A stretch of DNA of 64,000 nucleotides from a bacterium (GCA_024278215.1 JAJRTR010000111.1:1-64000), one strand, 5' to 3'. Shown: positions 29,322 through 39,577, counted from the stretch's first letter. Numbers and translations are program-made. Notes: generated from the sequence alone by a model not told the origin.

Positions 29322-29921
29322 TCAGAAATAGCGACGCTCTCTGCCGATGGTCGAGTGGAGACCGTGGCCTGGATAAATAGTCGTATCATCGGGCAGCGTA
29401 AGCAGTTTAGATTGTATGCTGCTCAGCAACTTGCCGGCGTCTCCGCCCTCGAAATCCGTGCGGCCCACCCCGTCGCAGAAAAGCGTGTCGCCCGTAAAGC
29501 AGACATCTCCGGAAAGGTAGCACACACCGCCGGGCGTGTGTCCGGGCGTAAACAGCACTCTCAAGCTGACTGACCCCTGAACGACTTCATCACCGTCCTC
29601 GACAACTTGAAATACGCCCGGGCCTTCACTTGTATACCGTTTTGTTTCACTTGCCGGTATGTTGATAAAATCCGCTTCCGCCGCGCTCAGCAGCACAGGG
29701 ATATTCCATCGGGAGCGTACATCGTTCATCGCGCCCGTGTGGTCGTGGTGTCCGTGGGTGAGAAGTATTTTTTTTACTTCTATTTTCTCCTCTTTAACCG
29801 CGGCAAGTATCTTCTCCGCTTCCGCGCCCGGGTCTATCAGCAACGCTGCCGATGTTTCCTCACAAGCGACGAGGTAGCAGTTGGTTTCGAGGTATCCTAC
29901 AACGACCGGCACTATTCTCAT
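29322..29921 (-). CDS. MBL-fold metallo-hydrolase (glyoxalase II-like)
   Basis: THGHHDH, TPGHTPG, FTGDTLF, GRTD, YPGHG. Confidence 0.93.
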   Translation of the reverse strand: MRIVPVVVGYLETNCYLVACEETSAALLIDPGAEAEKILAAVKEEKIEVKKILLTHGHHDHTGAMNDVRSRWNIPVLLSAAEADFINIPASETKRYTSEGPGVFQVVEDGDEVVQGSVSLRVLFTPGHTPGGVCYLSGDVCFTGDTLFCDGVGRTDFEGGDAGKLLSSIQSKLLTLPDDTTIYPGHGLHSTIGRERRYF

Positions 29922-29961
29922 TTTGTTTTATTCTCCCGGCTTATAATTCTTACATCCCCAA

Positions 29962-29990
29962 ATTGTAGCGACCTGTAATCCTCTTTTCAA
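29962..29990 (-). promoter_or_regulatory. Putative sigma70 promoter of the MBL hydrolase gene
   Basis: Minus strand TTGAAA-N17-TACAAT. Confidence 0.55.
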
Positions 29991-30091
29991 GAATATCTTA
30001 TCTTGTTTCCGTTTGTCATATAGAATGACAAACAGCAACCCTGAGATTCCGTGCCGGCATATATTGAATGGGGGCGGGTGGTCGAAGTGTC

Positions 30092-30120
30092 TTGACAAGA
30101 AAACCATAAATTTATATTAT
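30092..30120 (+). promoter_or_regulatory. Putative sigma70 promoter of ppdK
   Basis: TTGACA-N17-TATTAT, 80 bp upstream of the ATG. Confidence 0.7.
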
Positions 30121-30200
30121 GACAATTCAGGAAAGTTATAAAGAATCAGCTTTAACGCAACGATCTTTTCGCAAAAATATTTGATTCAAGGGGGGAATGT

Positions 30201-32993
30201 ATGGCAAAGAAATTTGTATATTTTTTTGGTGAAGGCAAAGCGGACGGCGCGTCTGAAATGAAAAATCTGCTCGGTGGGAAAGGAGCAAATCTTGCCGAGA
30301 TGACCAACCTGAAAATGCCCGTGCCGCCGGGATTTACGCTCACGACTGAAGTGTGCACGTATTTCAGTAAAAACAAAGGCAAGTATCCGCAGGGTTGCAA
30401 AAGCGCGGTGGACAAAGCCGTCGCCAGAGTCGAGAAAATCATGGGCGCGAAGTTCGGTGATCCGAAGAACCCGCTTCTTTTCTCAGTGCGCTCCGGTGCG
30501 CGCATGTCTATGCCCGGTATGATGGAAACCGTTCTTAACGTGGGGCTCACGTCAAAAACGATACCCGGCATGATCGAAAAGACAGGCGACGAACGTTTCG
30601 TGCTCGACGCATACAGGCGTCTCATCTCGATGTACTCGGACGTCGTCATGGAAAAAGCCGCGGGCATCGAACCTGAAGAGGGCAAAGGCATCCGCGAACA
30701 ACTCGAAGCGGAACTGGCGAAAGTCAAGAAGAAAAACGGCTACGAAAACGACATTGATCTGACCGCCGACGACCTCAGGAGCCTGATCGAAGTCTATAAG
30801 AAAAAGGTCAAGAAAGTTCTTAAGAAGGATTTTCCGGACGATCCGCAAAAACAGCTCTGGGGCGGCATCGGCGCGGTGTTTGCATCATGGGACGGCAAAC
30901 GCGCGATCTCTTATCGGCAAATAGAAAATATTCCCGAACACTGGGGCACTGCCGTCAACGTGCAGACAATGGTCTTCGGCAACATGGGTTTCGACAGCGC
31001 TACAGGCGTTGCCTTCACTCGCAACCCCGCTACCGGCGACTCCAACTTCTATGGCGAATGGCTTCCCAACGCGCAGGGTGAGGACGTTGTAGCGGGCATA
31101 CGCACACCCAACCCGCTCAGCAAAAAGAACAAGACCGCCGACACAAAACACCTGCCCAGCCTCGAAGAAGAAATGCCGAAAATCTACAAGCAACTCCACG
31201 CGATCCGTGACAGGCTCGAAGCACATTACCACGATATGCAGGACCTGGAATTCACGATACAATCCGGGCGCCTGTGGATGCTCCAGACAAGAACCGGCAA
31301 GCGAAACGGCGTGGCGGCAGTCCGCATGGCCGTCGATATGTGCAATGAAAAACTCATCGACAAGAATACAGCCGTCATGCGGGTGAGACCCGATCAGATA
31401 GACGAACTTCTGCATCCCATGCTGGACCCTGCGGCGGAAAAGAAAGCGGTGTACATCACCAAGGGGCTTCCGGCCGGTCCGGGCGGCGCGTCCGGGCAGA
31501 TAGCTTTCACCGCCGATCGTGCCGAAGAACTCAACGGGAAGGGCATGAGAGTCATTCTCGTACGCAACGAGACCTCGCCGGAAGACGTTCACGGCATGCA
31601 CGCCGCGCAGGCTGTTCTCACGGCGAAAGGCGGCATGACCAGCCACGCCGCGCTCGTGGCGCGTGGCTGGGGAAAATGTTGTATCGTCGGTGCGGGCGCG
31701 CTTGAGATAAGCGCCGAAAAAAAAGAAATGAAAGTCAACGGCAAGACATACCGGGAAGGCGACTGGATCACACTCAACGGAACAAAAGGCCGTGTCTACG
31801 AGGGGCAAATCACTCTGTTGCCCGCCCAACCCGGCAAAAACAAATATTACAAGCAACTTATGACATGGGCGGACGATGTGAGAACAATGAATGTACGCAC
31901 GAACGCAGACAGCCCGGTCGACGCGAAACAGGCAATAAAATTCGGCGCGGAAGGCATCGGACTCTGTCGCACGGAACACATGTTCTTCGGCGATGACCGC
32001 ATCGCAGCGATGCGCGAGATGATCCTCGCGGACAGCGAAAGCGCGCGCCGCAAAGCGCTTGCGACACTGCTGCCGCTCCAGCGCAAAGACTTCTACCAGA
32101 TATTTATCGCGATGAACGGGCGCCCTGTTACCATCCGGCTGCTGGACCCGCCGCTCCACGAGTTCCTTCCCAACCGTGAGGAACTTATGGTCGAGATCGC
32201 GAGACTCGAGATCAAAAAACCGAAATCCCCGAAATTGAAAAAACTAAGGTCGCTGCTCGAGCGGGTGGAGGAACTGCATGAGTTCAACCCGATGCTGGGG
32301 CTCCGCGGATGCAGGCTCGGCCTCACACTTCCGGAAATCAGCGAGATGCAGGTGCGCGCGATTATGGAAGCCGCCTGCGATGTCGTAAAGAAGAAAAAAC
32401 CTTGCAAACCGGAGATCATGATACCGCTCACCGGTCACCTCAACGAGATGAAGACGGCCCGCGCGCAGGCACTTGCCATCTGCGAGGAAGTCATCAAGCA
32501 GAAAAAAGTTAAAGTCAAATACCAGATAGGAACGATGATAGAAATACCGCGCGCGGCGATCACAGCCGACGAGATAGCTGCCGAAGCGGAGTTCTTCTCC
32601 TTCGGCACAAACGACCTGACACAGATGACATTCGGCTACAGCCGCGACGACGCCGGCAAGTTCATCAAGTATTATATCGAGAACAACATTCTACCCCAAG
32701 ACCCGTTCCAGACACTGGACCAGAGTGGTGTGGGACAACTCATCGAGCTGGCAGTCGCCAAAGGGCGCAAGACACGACCGGGCATCAAGATCGGCATCTG
32801 CGGCGAGCACGGCGGCGACCCGGAATCAGTGGAATTCTGCCACCGGACGGGCTTCAACTATGTTTCATGTTCACCCTTCCGTGTACCCATTGCAAGAATG
32901 GCAGCGGCGCAAGCAGCTATCAGGGATATCGAAGCTGCAAAAGCTAAGAAACCCAAAAAGAAGGCAAAGAAGAAGACAAAGAAGAAAAAGTAA
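30201..32993 (+). CDS. ppdK: Pyruvate, phosphate dikinase
   Basis: LGGKGANLAEM, SVRSGA, GGMTSHAA (phospho-His), GIGLCRTEHMF, FSFGTNDLTQ, CGEHGG. Confidence 0.97.
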   Translation: MAKKFVYFFGEGKADGASEMKNLLGGKGANLAEMTNLKMPVPPGFTLTTEVCTYFSKNKGKYPQGCKSAVDKAVARVEKIMGAKFGDPKNPLLFSVRSGARMSMPGMMETVLNVGLTSKTIPGMIEKTGDERFVLDAYRRLISMYSDVVMEKAAGIEPEEGKGIREQLEAELAKVKKKNGYENDIDLTADDLRSLIEVYKKKVKKVLKKDFPDDPQKQLWGGIGAVFASWDGKRAISYRQIENIPEHWGTAVNVQTMVFGNMGFDSATGVAFTRNPATGDSNFYGEWLPNAQGEDVVAGIRTPNPLSKKNKTADTKHLPSLEEEMPKIYKQLHAIRDRLEAHYHDMQDLEFTIQSGRLWMLQTRTGKRNGVAAVRMAVDMCNEKLIDKNTAVMRVRPDQIDELLHPMLDPAAEKKAVYITKGLPAGPGGASGQIAFTADRAEELNGKGMRVILVRNETSPEDVHGMHAAQAVLTAKGGMTSHAALVARGWGKCCIVGAGALEISAEKKEMKVNGKTYREGDWITLNGTKGRVYEGQITLLPAQPGKNKYYKQLMTWADDVRTMNVRTNADSPVDAKQAIKFGAEGIGLCRTEHMFFGDDRIAAMREMILADSESARRKALATLLPLQRKDFYQIFIAMNGRPVTIRLLDPPLHEFLPNREELMVEIARLEIKKPKSPKLKKLRSLLERVEELHEFNPMLGLRGCRLGLTLPEISEMQVRAIMEAACDVVKKKKPCKPEIMIPLTGHLNEMKTARAQALAICEEVIKQKKVKVKYQIGTMIEIPRAAITADEIAAEAEFFSFGTNDLTQMTFGYSRDDAGKFIKYYIENNILPQDPFQTLDQSGVGQLIELAVAKGRKTRPGIKIGICGEHGGDPESVEFCHRTGFNYVSCSPFRVPIARMAAAQAAIRDIEAAKAKKPKKKAKKKTKKKK

Positions 32994-33051
32994 TGAAGAT
33001 ATTATATCCGGTCTGCTGAGCAGCAATCGACAAGCTCAGCCGGCCGGCATT

Positions 33052-33383
33052 TAACCCGGATTTCTCACAAAGAAATCCGGAAAATCGTGATAACACCTAT
33101 TCTACTGCGTTGCTGCGGCGATTCGGGACTGGTCGCATACCGGTATTTTGTGCAAGAGGCCGACCGGTCGGCTGCACCCTCACCGCTCCCTTGCCGCGCC
33201 TTATTACAGGCATTCTCCCGATTTCTGGCCCGCATTGGTGAAATATGCGGGATAGCTGCGTTGTCGGCGCAAAAGCATCCTCATCGCAACTCCACGAGTA
33301 CGCCTGCGGGGATTTTGCACATCCGCCTTGCTTCTGAATAATTTCGTTCGACCTCGCTTCGAACATAATTTTTCAATTGGCTC
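33052..33383 (+). repeat. Composite intergenic repeat: TAACCCGGATTTCTCAC end, CTGCGTTG..GCCTT unit, REP-like hairpin, then the right part of family A
   Basis: 33252-33383 aligns with 27973-28102; 33228-33256 matches 39280-39308; 33052-33068 is the reverse complement of 27228-27244. Confidence 0.8.
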
Positions 33384-33455
33384 AACGGAATATATTCTCA
33401 GCATAAAAACACCCGGGAACATGTCCCTCATGCTTCTTCGCGAACGTAAAAAACA

Positions 33456-34004
33456 TCAAGGATGGAAATCTTTATATTTGAGCTTTTCCCTGTATAAACT
33501 TCTAAGTTCATTAAAGTATTCGATGTATTCTTCCGTGCGGTAATCGGGATATGTCCAGGGAAGCGGTCGGAACTTTTTCTTTTCGAACTTGAGCGTTACC
33601 TCCGCGAATATACCTTTGCCAAGATAAATCCTGTGGAAATTATCTTTCGTTGTAGCCAGTGTCATTTTCGCAAGCGAGAGATAGCCGGGGTCGAGATTCA
33701 CCAGCCGCCCGCTTCCGTCTTCGTTTCTCGGGTATTCATGCTCGATCCTGTTGGTCACAAGCTTAATGTCGGCGATCGTCCCGGGGGAAATCAGCGTCTC
33801 GAACGAAAAGAAAATCTTCCGGAGCCCCGGCCCCATCTCTTTCTCGTAGTAATCCGTTTCATTGAAATCAAAGACACCGCTCGTGAAATCAATCGTACCG
33901 AATTCCTTTTCCAGACCGGCTTTCACATCGTCCACAGGCGCAGCCCTGCTGAAGATCACACCGCAGAAAAGCTGCACAGGTTCTGGTCTTCCCACTTCGC
34001 CCAT
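33456..34004 (-). CDS. DUF4416-family protein
   Basis: TDYYEKEMG, IKLVTNRIE, RLVNLDPGY, LATTK, HRIYLGKGIFAE, PWTYPDY. Start at ATG 34004. Confidence 0.8.
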   Translation of the reverse strand: MGEVGRPEPVQLFCGVIFSRAAPVDDVKAGLEKEFGTIDFTSGVFDFNETDYYEKEMGPGLRKIFFSFETLISPGTIADIKLVTNRIEHEYPRNEDGSGRLVNLDPGYLSLAKMTLATTKDNFHRIYLGKGIFAEVTLKFEKKKFRPLPWTYPDYRTEEYIEYFNELRSLYREKLKYKDFHP

Positions 34005-34011
34005 ATATCGA

Positions 34012-34869
34012 TCACTCCCCGACAATCTGTGTGCCCACACCGCCGTCGGTGAGCGTTTCGAGCAACAGTGAATGCGGTTTACGGCCATTGATTATATGTA
34101 TCTTATCAAGTCCCTGTTCGATAGTGCGGACAGCCGACTCGATTTTGGGAATCATGCCGCCTGCAATTATGCCTTCGTCGATCAGCGTCATAGCTCGTCC
34201 AACCGTCAATGTGGAAATAAGCGTCGACGTGTCGCCCGGGACGACCATCACACCGTCGACATCCGTCATAAGGATAAGTTTCCGAGCCCTGACGCGCAGG
34301 GCGAGTTGCGTCGCTACATAATCGGCATTGATGTTGAGTGTCCTGCCGCCCTCGCTCACGCCGAGCGAAGCCACGACGGGCACTTCGTCTTCTTTTACAG
34401 AGTCCCATACATCACGCGCTATACCTGTCATATCGCCGACCCAGCCCAGGTCGACACCGTCGCCCAAGTCCATCTTTTCGCCCCTCACGAGTGCGCCGCG
34501 CGGGCCGGAGAACCCCACTGCTTCCACTCCCTTTTCCCGTAGCCTGTCCACAAGAGCCAGGTTCAAATCTCCGAAACATTTCTCGAGTATCCCGATCGTT
34601 TTGTCGCAGGTGATCCGCAGCCCCCTGTGGCGGCGCGGGCAGATGCCGGCTTCCTCCATATCATGGTCCGCCTGCACCGAACCGCCGTGGACAAGCACTG
34701 TCCTTACACCATTCTTCTTAAGAAAAGCGATATCCTCGAGGATATGGTCGCCCGCCACCCTGTCCTCGACGAGCGCTCCTCCGCACTTGACAACAAATAT
34801 CGAGCCTTCGAACTCGGCCAGGTACTTCCCGGCCTGATCTATTCCCAGACTGCATAATAAATCTTCCAT
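34012..34869 (-). CDS. argB: Acetylglutamate kinase
   Basis: VVKCGG, LVHGG, GLRIT, NINAD, MTDVDGV, GGMIPKI, HIINGR, GVGTQI. Confidence 0.9.
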   Translation of the reverse strand: MEDLLCSLGIDQAGKYLAEFEGSIFVVKCGGALVEDRVAGDHILEDIAFLKKNGVRTVLVHGGSVQADHDMEEAGICPRRHRGLRITCDKTIGILEKCFGDLNLALVDRLREKGVEAVGFSGPRGALVRGEKMDLGDGVDLGWVGDMTGIARDVWDSVKEDEVPVVASLGVSEGGRTLNINADYVATQLALRVRARKLILMTDVDGVMVVPGDTSTLISTLTVGRAMTLIDEGIIAGGMIPKIESAVRTIEQGLDKIHIINGRKPHSLLLETLTDGGVGTQIVGE

Positions 34870-35056
34870 ATTCTCCTTCGTTATTCACGCCGTTTTGTTT
34901 TCTTGAAAGCTGTGTTCATTACAACCCGACATTATTGCGATTGCCATTTATTATTATTGCGAGCCGCCGATTTGTACAGGCATCACTTTCAAATTGACAT
35001 CTGTTGTATTAGAATATCAGCAACTTTTTGCTCGATTCTTTCAAGGAGAGAGAACT

Positions 35057-35611
35057 ATGAGTTCCGCGAAATCCGGTTCGTACAACTTCTGCAATCATTG
35101 CGGATATCAGAACAGATCGGAAAACAAATTCTGCTCGAAATGCGGACAGCGAATCCAGATGTTTTCTCTCGACAGCAAGCGCCCCCCGGAAACAGTCAAT
35201 TGCCCGAATTGCGGACAGCCGAACTCGACCGGGGCTCGATTCTGCTCGGGATGCAGCGAACCGCTTGTCGACGACTTCAAAGTTGTCGATGACGGCGATT
35301 ATGTTCTGGTCGTCATAAATCTCTCACAGATCGACTTTGAAAACCACCGCGACCTCAACACTCTTTCCAAAAGGCTGCACAACCAGCGCATACTCATCGA
35401 CATGAACAAGGTGAAATGGATAGACAGCACCGGCATCGGCGCACTCGTGACACTATCGAACAGGTTCGCGCGTTCACAGCAGGAAATAAAATTTTTCGGC
35501 ATGTCGCCGAAAGTGCTCGATGCGTTCAAAGCGCTTCAGGTTGATAATATACTGGAACTTTACAAAACAGAAAACGAGGCGCGGATCAGCTGGGGTATGC
35601 CGTCGCGATAG
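35057..35611 (+). CDS. Double zinc-ribbon + STAS (anti-sigma antagonist) protein
   Basis: CNHCG..FCSKCG and CPNCG..FCSGC ribbons, then STAS WIDSTGIGALV. AAGGAG RBS before ATG 35057. Confidence 0.85.
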   Translation: MSSAKSGSYNFCNHCGYQNRSENKFCSKCGQRIQMFSLDSKRPPETVNCPNCGQPNSTGARFCSGCSEPLVDDFKVVDDGDYVLVVINLSQIDFENHRDLNTLSKRLHNQRILIDMNKVKWIDSTGIGALVTLSNRFARSQQEIKFFGMSPKVLDAFKALQVDNILELYKTENEARISWGMPSR

Positions 35612-35618
35612 CAGCGCG

Positions 35619-36872
35619 TCACCTTCGTGCCGTCGCCGCGCCGCCGGTCGCCTGAACCCGCGAAACAATATCCACGATATAACTTTGCAGCATGATCTCG
35701 TCGGAGCCGTGTCCGGGTTTTTCTATACCTTTCAGACGCCGGTCCACATCGCTCGCCCGCTCGATCATTTCCTCGATGTCGGTCAGTGAGCATTTCCGGG
35801 CGTGTTTCAGTATCCCCGCAATCATAAAAGGCGTTTTTCCCAGGATGGAATCTTTGGGAACCGCCGCGAGCACAGCTGCATCGGCTGGGGAAACGCGCCT
35901 GACTTCATTTGAAATTGCAGTCTTTGCCGAACTGCCGTATTTTTGCGGCACTTTCTTAAAATAACCCTTATTTATGAGGTGTCTCGCCTGCCACATCAGC
36001 CTCAGCCGCATCGAGATGAGCGTCATGATATGTACTGGCGACGAACCATACGTAAGTGACCTGTTCAGGGCGCTTACAGCCGCCTTGCCGCGCCCATCGA
36101 ACATAAAGTCGATCAGCATGTAAAGGAAAAAGTCTTCACTGTTACTGACAAGCCGCCGGATTTCTTTTTCCGACATCACGCCGTCGCTGCCGGAAAAGTA
36201 GTTGCTCAGTTTTTCTATCTCGTTCGACAGGTGCCGCAGGTCTTTTCCGCCCCATTCCACAAGCTTTTCGGGCATGTCGCGGCTCCACATCACGCCCGCC
36301 CTGCGCGCTCTCGCACTCACCCACGATATTATGTTGTCTTCGTACATACGGGGGAAACGCACCACCGCGCCATATTTGTCGAACACGCTGAACGCGCGCT
36401 GCACCACTTTTTCAGAAGTGCTTTTCCGCGCGTTCGCCGACGGCGCGCGCAGTTCGTCATTGACGATAAAAACGATATTCACAATGCCGCCGTCCCTGCC
36501 GACCGAGTCCAGTATCTTCTGATACAGTTTGAAATCAGTGAACTTCTCCTCGTCGGGAACATTCCGCTTCCCTTTTTTTGATTCATCCCTGGTCAGAGTC
36601 AGTTTCTCGGCACTGTCGACCACCACCACCTGGCTGTCGGCGAAAAGCGATCTTTCGCCCACAGCGTCCGCGATTCTGTCCAGCGCCCCGTCCTCGGAGG
36701 CGTCGATCCGCTGGAAACCCGCGTCGAACTCATCGTCGGCGCACAGGAACTTGATCAACTTTTTCTCGACCTCTTTCAGCAAAAATTCCTGTTGGCCGTG
36801 CAGCACGTACACAGGCAGCTTTTTCGCACGCGGCCCGAAGAGTTTTCTTTCCTGTCCGTATTCCAGTCTCAC
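35619..36872 (-). CDS. holA: DNA polymerase III delta subunit
   Basis: PVYVLHGQQEFL, RSLFADSQVVVV, GKDLRHLSNEIEKL, DRRLKG. Likely GTG start at 36872 after GGAGA; the longer track ORF reads through a repeat. Confidence 0.8.
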   Translation of the reverse strand: MRLEYGQERKLFGPRAKKLPVYVLHGQQEFLLKEVEKKLIKFLCADDEFDAGFQRIDASEDGALDRIADAVGERSLFADSQVVVVDSAEKLTLTRDESKKGKRNVPDEEKFTDFKLYQKILDSVGRDGGIVNIVFIVNDELRAPSANARKSTSEKVVQRAFSVFDKYGAVVRFPRMYEDNIISWVSARARRAGVMWSRDMPEKLVEWGGKDLRHLSNEIEKLSNYFSGSDGVMSEKEIRRLVSNSEDFFLYMLIDFMFDGRGKAAVSALNRSLTYGSSPVHIMTLISMRLRLMWQARHLINKGYFKKVPQKYGSSAKTAISNEVRRVSPADAAVLAAVPKDSILGKTPFMIAGILKHARKCSLTDIEEMIERASDVDRRLKGIEKPGHGSDEIMLQSYIVDIVSRVQATGGAATARR

Positions 36873-36944
36873 TCGTGTGTTCTCCAATAATGAAATTCTA
36901 TCATAAATAAAACATATTCCAATATCAGCGTTGATTAAAAAGTA

Positions 36945-37069
36945 AGGTAACTGTTTGAATGGAACATCTGAAATTCCTGGAATGCAACGACTATGTCGTT
37001 GCAACTGTGAAGAAGTCGCATTTCGCAAAAACTGACGTTTTTGCATTCCAAAGTTTTCCGATAGTGCCG
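36945..37069 (-). repeat. Structured repeat family B, copy 1
   Basis: Reverse complement matches 51516-51641; the ~93-bp core has 2 mismatches. Confidence 0.9.
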
Positions 37070-37251
37070 GTCAAGGACAAGAAGTGATTCTGTAATTCTG
37101 AGCTGATCGAAAAATCACCAGTTGCATAAGTCTGTCTTAGCGAACACACAACACTGTGAACGGTTGAAAAAAGTTTTCAGAGAAATGGATTTCCACAACA
37201 CTTAATTTATGTCGCAGTCAGCGGTTACAATAAGAGATAAAGAGTGAGGCG

Positions 37252-38637
37252 GTGATGGACATGACAAATATCGTATATGCGGCGGCAGGCGCGTCAATCG
37301 GATTTATTGTCGCATGGCTGATATTCGCGCAACGTGCGAAACCCGCCGGCACGGATATAGAAGCGCAAGCGCGGATTTCATCGCTCGAGAACCTTCTCGA
37401 CGACCACAGAGCGCGCCTGGCGAAACAGGAGTCGGCGCTCTGCGAAGCAGCAGAAAGAATCTCACACGAAAAAACCGCTCGCGCAAGGGCCGAGACACGG
37501 CTTGAAGAGTCGCGCCGCAACATCGCCGAGCAAAAGAAAATACTCGACGAAGCCGCCGATAAACTGTCCGACACTTTCAGGGCTCTTTCCGCCGATGCGC
37601 TCAAAAACAACAACCGCTCGTTCCTCGAACTTTCCGGAAAAACGCTCGAAACGATTGCCGCTGAGATGAAGGGCGACCTGGGTAAACGCCAGGAAGCTAT
37701 ATCGGGCCTCATAAAACCTATCGGCGACGCGCTCGAAAAATTCGACCGGCAGGTGCGCAATGTCGAACTGACCAGAAAACAGACGTATACCAGCCTCGAA
37801 GAACACATCAAGTCCCTCGCCGAATCCAACATGTCGCTGCGCCGGGAAACGGATAATCTTGTGCGCGCACTTCGCGAACCGCACACAAGGGGTAGCTGGG
37901 GTGAGTTGACATTGCGCAATACTGTGGAACTCGCGGGCATGGAACCCCACTGCGATTTCGTCGAGCAGGAGAGCGTGACGACGGAATCCGGGCGCCTGAG
38001 GCCGGACATGATAATAAACATGCCCGCGGGCAGGCGCGTCATTGTCGACGCGAAAACACCCATGGACGCTTATCTCGACATGCTCGACGCAAAGGACGAG
38101 CAGGAAAGGAAACAACATATCGCCCGCCACGCCCGCCACATTCGCGAGCATATAAAAAGCCTCGCGATGAAAGAATACTGGCGGCAGTTCGATGAATCGC
38201 CCGAGTTCGTGATACTTTTCATACCCGGCGAATCGTTCCTCAGCGCGGCCCTGAGCGAAGACCGCGACCTCATCGAAGACGGTTTCAGGCAGAAGATCGT
38301 GCTGGCCACTCCCACTACGCTTGTCGCCCTGCTCAGGGCCGTCGCTTATGGCTGGAAGCAGGAAAGTGTCGCCGCAAACACCCGTGCCATCAGCCGGCTC
38401 GGCAAAGAACTCTACGACCGCATCAGCACTTTCGCCGCCCACTTCGAAGACATCAGAACCGGTATCATGAGAACAACGGAAGCATACAACCGTGCGGTGG
38501 GTTCACTCGAGCGCAGGGTGCTGCCCTCGGCTCGAAAATTCAAAGAACTCGACACCACGGACGGCAAAGAGATCACGCCGCTCGAAACCATCGACGCGCC
38601 GTTGCGAAAACCAGACCTGCCCGATAATGATTCCTGA
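37252..38637 (+). CDS. rmuC: DNA recombination protein RmuC
   Basis: N-terminal TM and coiled coil, RGSWGE, RPDMII, VDAKTP, SPEFVILFIPGE, ATPTTL. Confidence 0.95.
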   Translation: MMDMTNIVYAAAGASIGFIVAWLIFAQRAKPAGTDIEAQARISSLENLLDDHRARLAKQESALCEAAERISHEKTARARAETRLEESRRNIAEQKKILDEAADKLSDTFRALSADALKNNNRSFLELSGKTLETIAAEMKGDLGKRQEAISGLIKPIGDALEKFDRQVRNVELTRKQTYTSLEEHIKSLAESNMSLRRETDNLVRALREPHTRGSWGELTLRNTVELAGMEPHCDFVEQESVTTESGRLRPDMIINMPAGRRVIVDAKTPMDAYLDMLDAKDEQERKQHIARHARHIREHIKSLAMKEYWRQFDESPEFVILFIPGESFLSAALSEDRDLIEDGFRQKIVLATPTTLVALLRAVAYGWKQESVAANTRAISRLGKELYDRISTFAAHFEDIRTGIMRTTEAYNRAVGSLERRVLPSARKFKELDTTDGKEITPLETIDAPLRKPDLPDNDS

Positions 38638-38713
38638 GGCGCTGTTTATCGGCGCGGGCCCTGTAACTCGGATATTTCCTGTTATATAATCACTTAAAAC
38701 GGAACGGACGGTT

Positions 38714-39280
38714 ATGGAAGACATAAAAGAAATGACTGCAAAGCTCGCCCGCCTGATCATCGACAGCGGTGCCCTCAAGTTTGGCGATTTCACTCTGGCA
38801 TCAGGCAAAAAGAGCGACTACTACATCGACGGCAGGATCATAGCGCTGCAACCGGAAGGCACATACCTGATCGGCGCGATTATAGAGAAAATAATGCGTG
38901 ACGAATTTCCCGAAGCCGAAGCTATCGGCGGGATGATCGCCGGGGCTGTGCCTGTAGCCACGGCGGCGGCGCGCGCAAGCTATGATGCAGGCAGGCCGTT
39001 CAATGCGTTTATGGTGCGCAAAGAGATAAAAAAACACGGCACGCAAAAGGCCGTCGAAGGGCCGCTCGAGCCGGGGCGGAAGGTCGTCGTCGTCGATGAC
39101 GTGATTACGACCGGCGGCTCGACCGTGCAGGCTATCGAGCGAGTCGAGGAGTTCGGCTGTGATGTCCGCGGCATTATCTGCGTCGTAGACCGCGAAGAAG
39201 GCAAAGTTGAAAAAATGAGCAACTATAAGTTCAAATCGATCCTGACCATAACCGGGTTGAGAAGTTTTAGAGGGAAATAG
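38714..39280 (+). CDS. pyrE: Orotate phosphoribosyltransferase
   Basis: FGDFTLASGKKSDYYID, VRKEIKKHG, VVDDVITTGGS. Confidence 0.95.
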   Translation: MEDIKEMTAKLARLIIDSGALKFGDFTLASGKKSDYYIDGRIIALQPEGTYLIGAIIEKIMRDEFPEAEAIGGMIAGAVPVATAAARASYDAGRPFNAFMVRKEIKKHGTQKAVEGPLEPGRKVVVVDDVITTGGSTVQAIERVEEFGCDVRGIICVVDREEGKVEKMSNYKFKSILTITGLRSFRGK

Positions 39281-39577
39281 CCCGCATTGGTGAAATATTC
39301 GGGATAGCGGGCAATTTGTACACATTCCGGCAGGAGCAGGTTTTTATTCAGCAATTATGTAGCAATTCGTATACAACTGCAAGCATCTTTCTTATATTGA
39401 TAAAATCGCCTTTGTTTTCTATTGTTTTTATTGTTTTTCACATAAGTTGAACGATTGTTGTGTCTTCACCTGTATACAATTTTCATAAAAAACGGGAATT
39501 CTCTATAAAGCCCGAAAAATATAATTATGGCAGTAAACAAAAGCGTTTTGATATATTCAAAAGTGATTTCTGAGATG

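Noticed and set aside
25096-33383. Clustered repeats as a CRISPR array
   Set aside because: The copies are dispersed, vary in length and orientation, lack regular spacers, and no cas genes are present.
36873-37046. 58-aa N-terminal extension of HolA, nearly identical to part of ORF 51431-51766
   Set aside because: Both are translations of the family B repeat; a GTG with an RBS at 36872 explains the real start.
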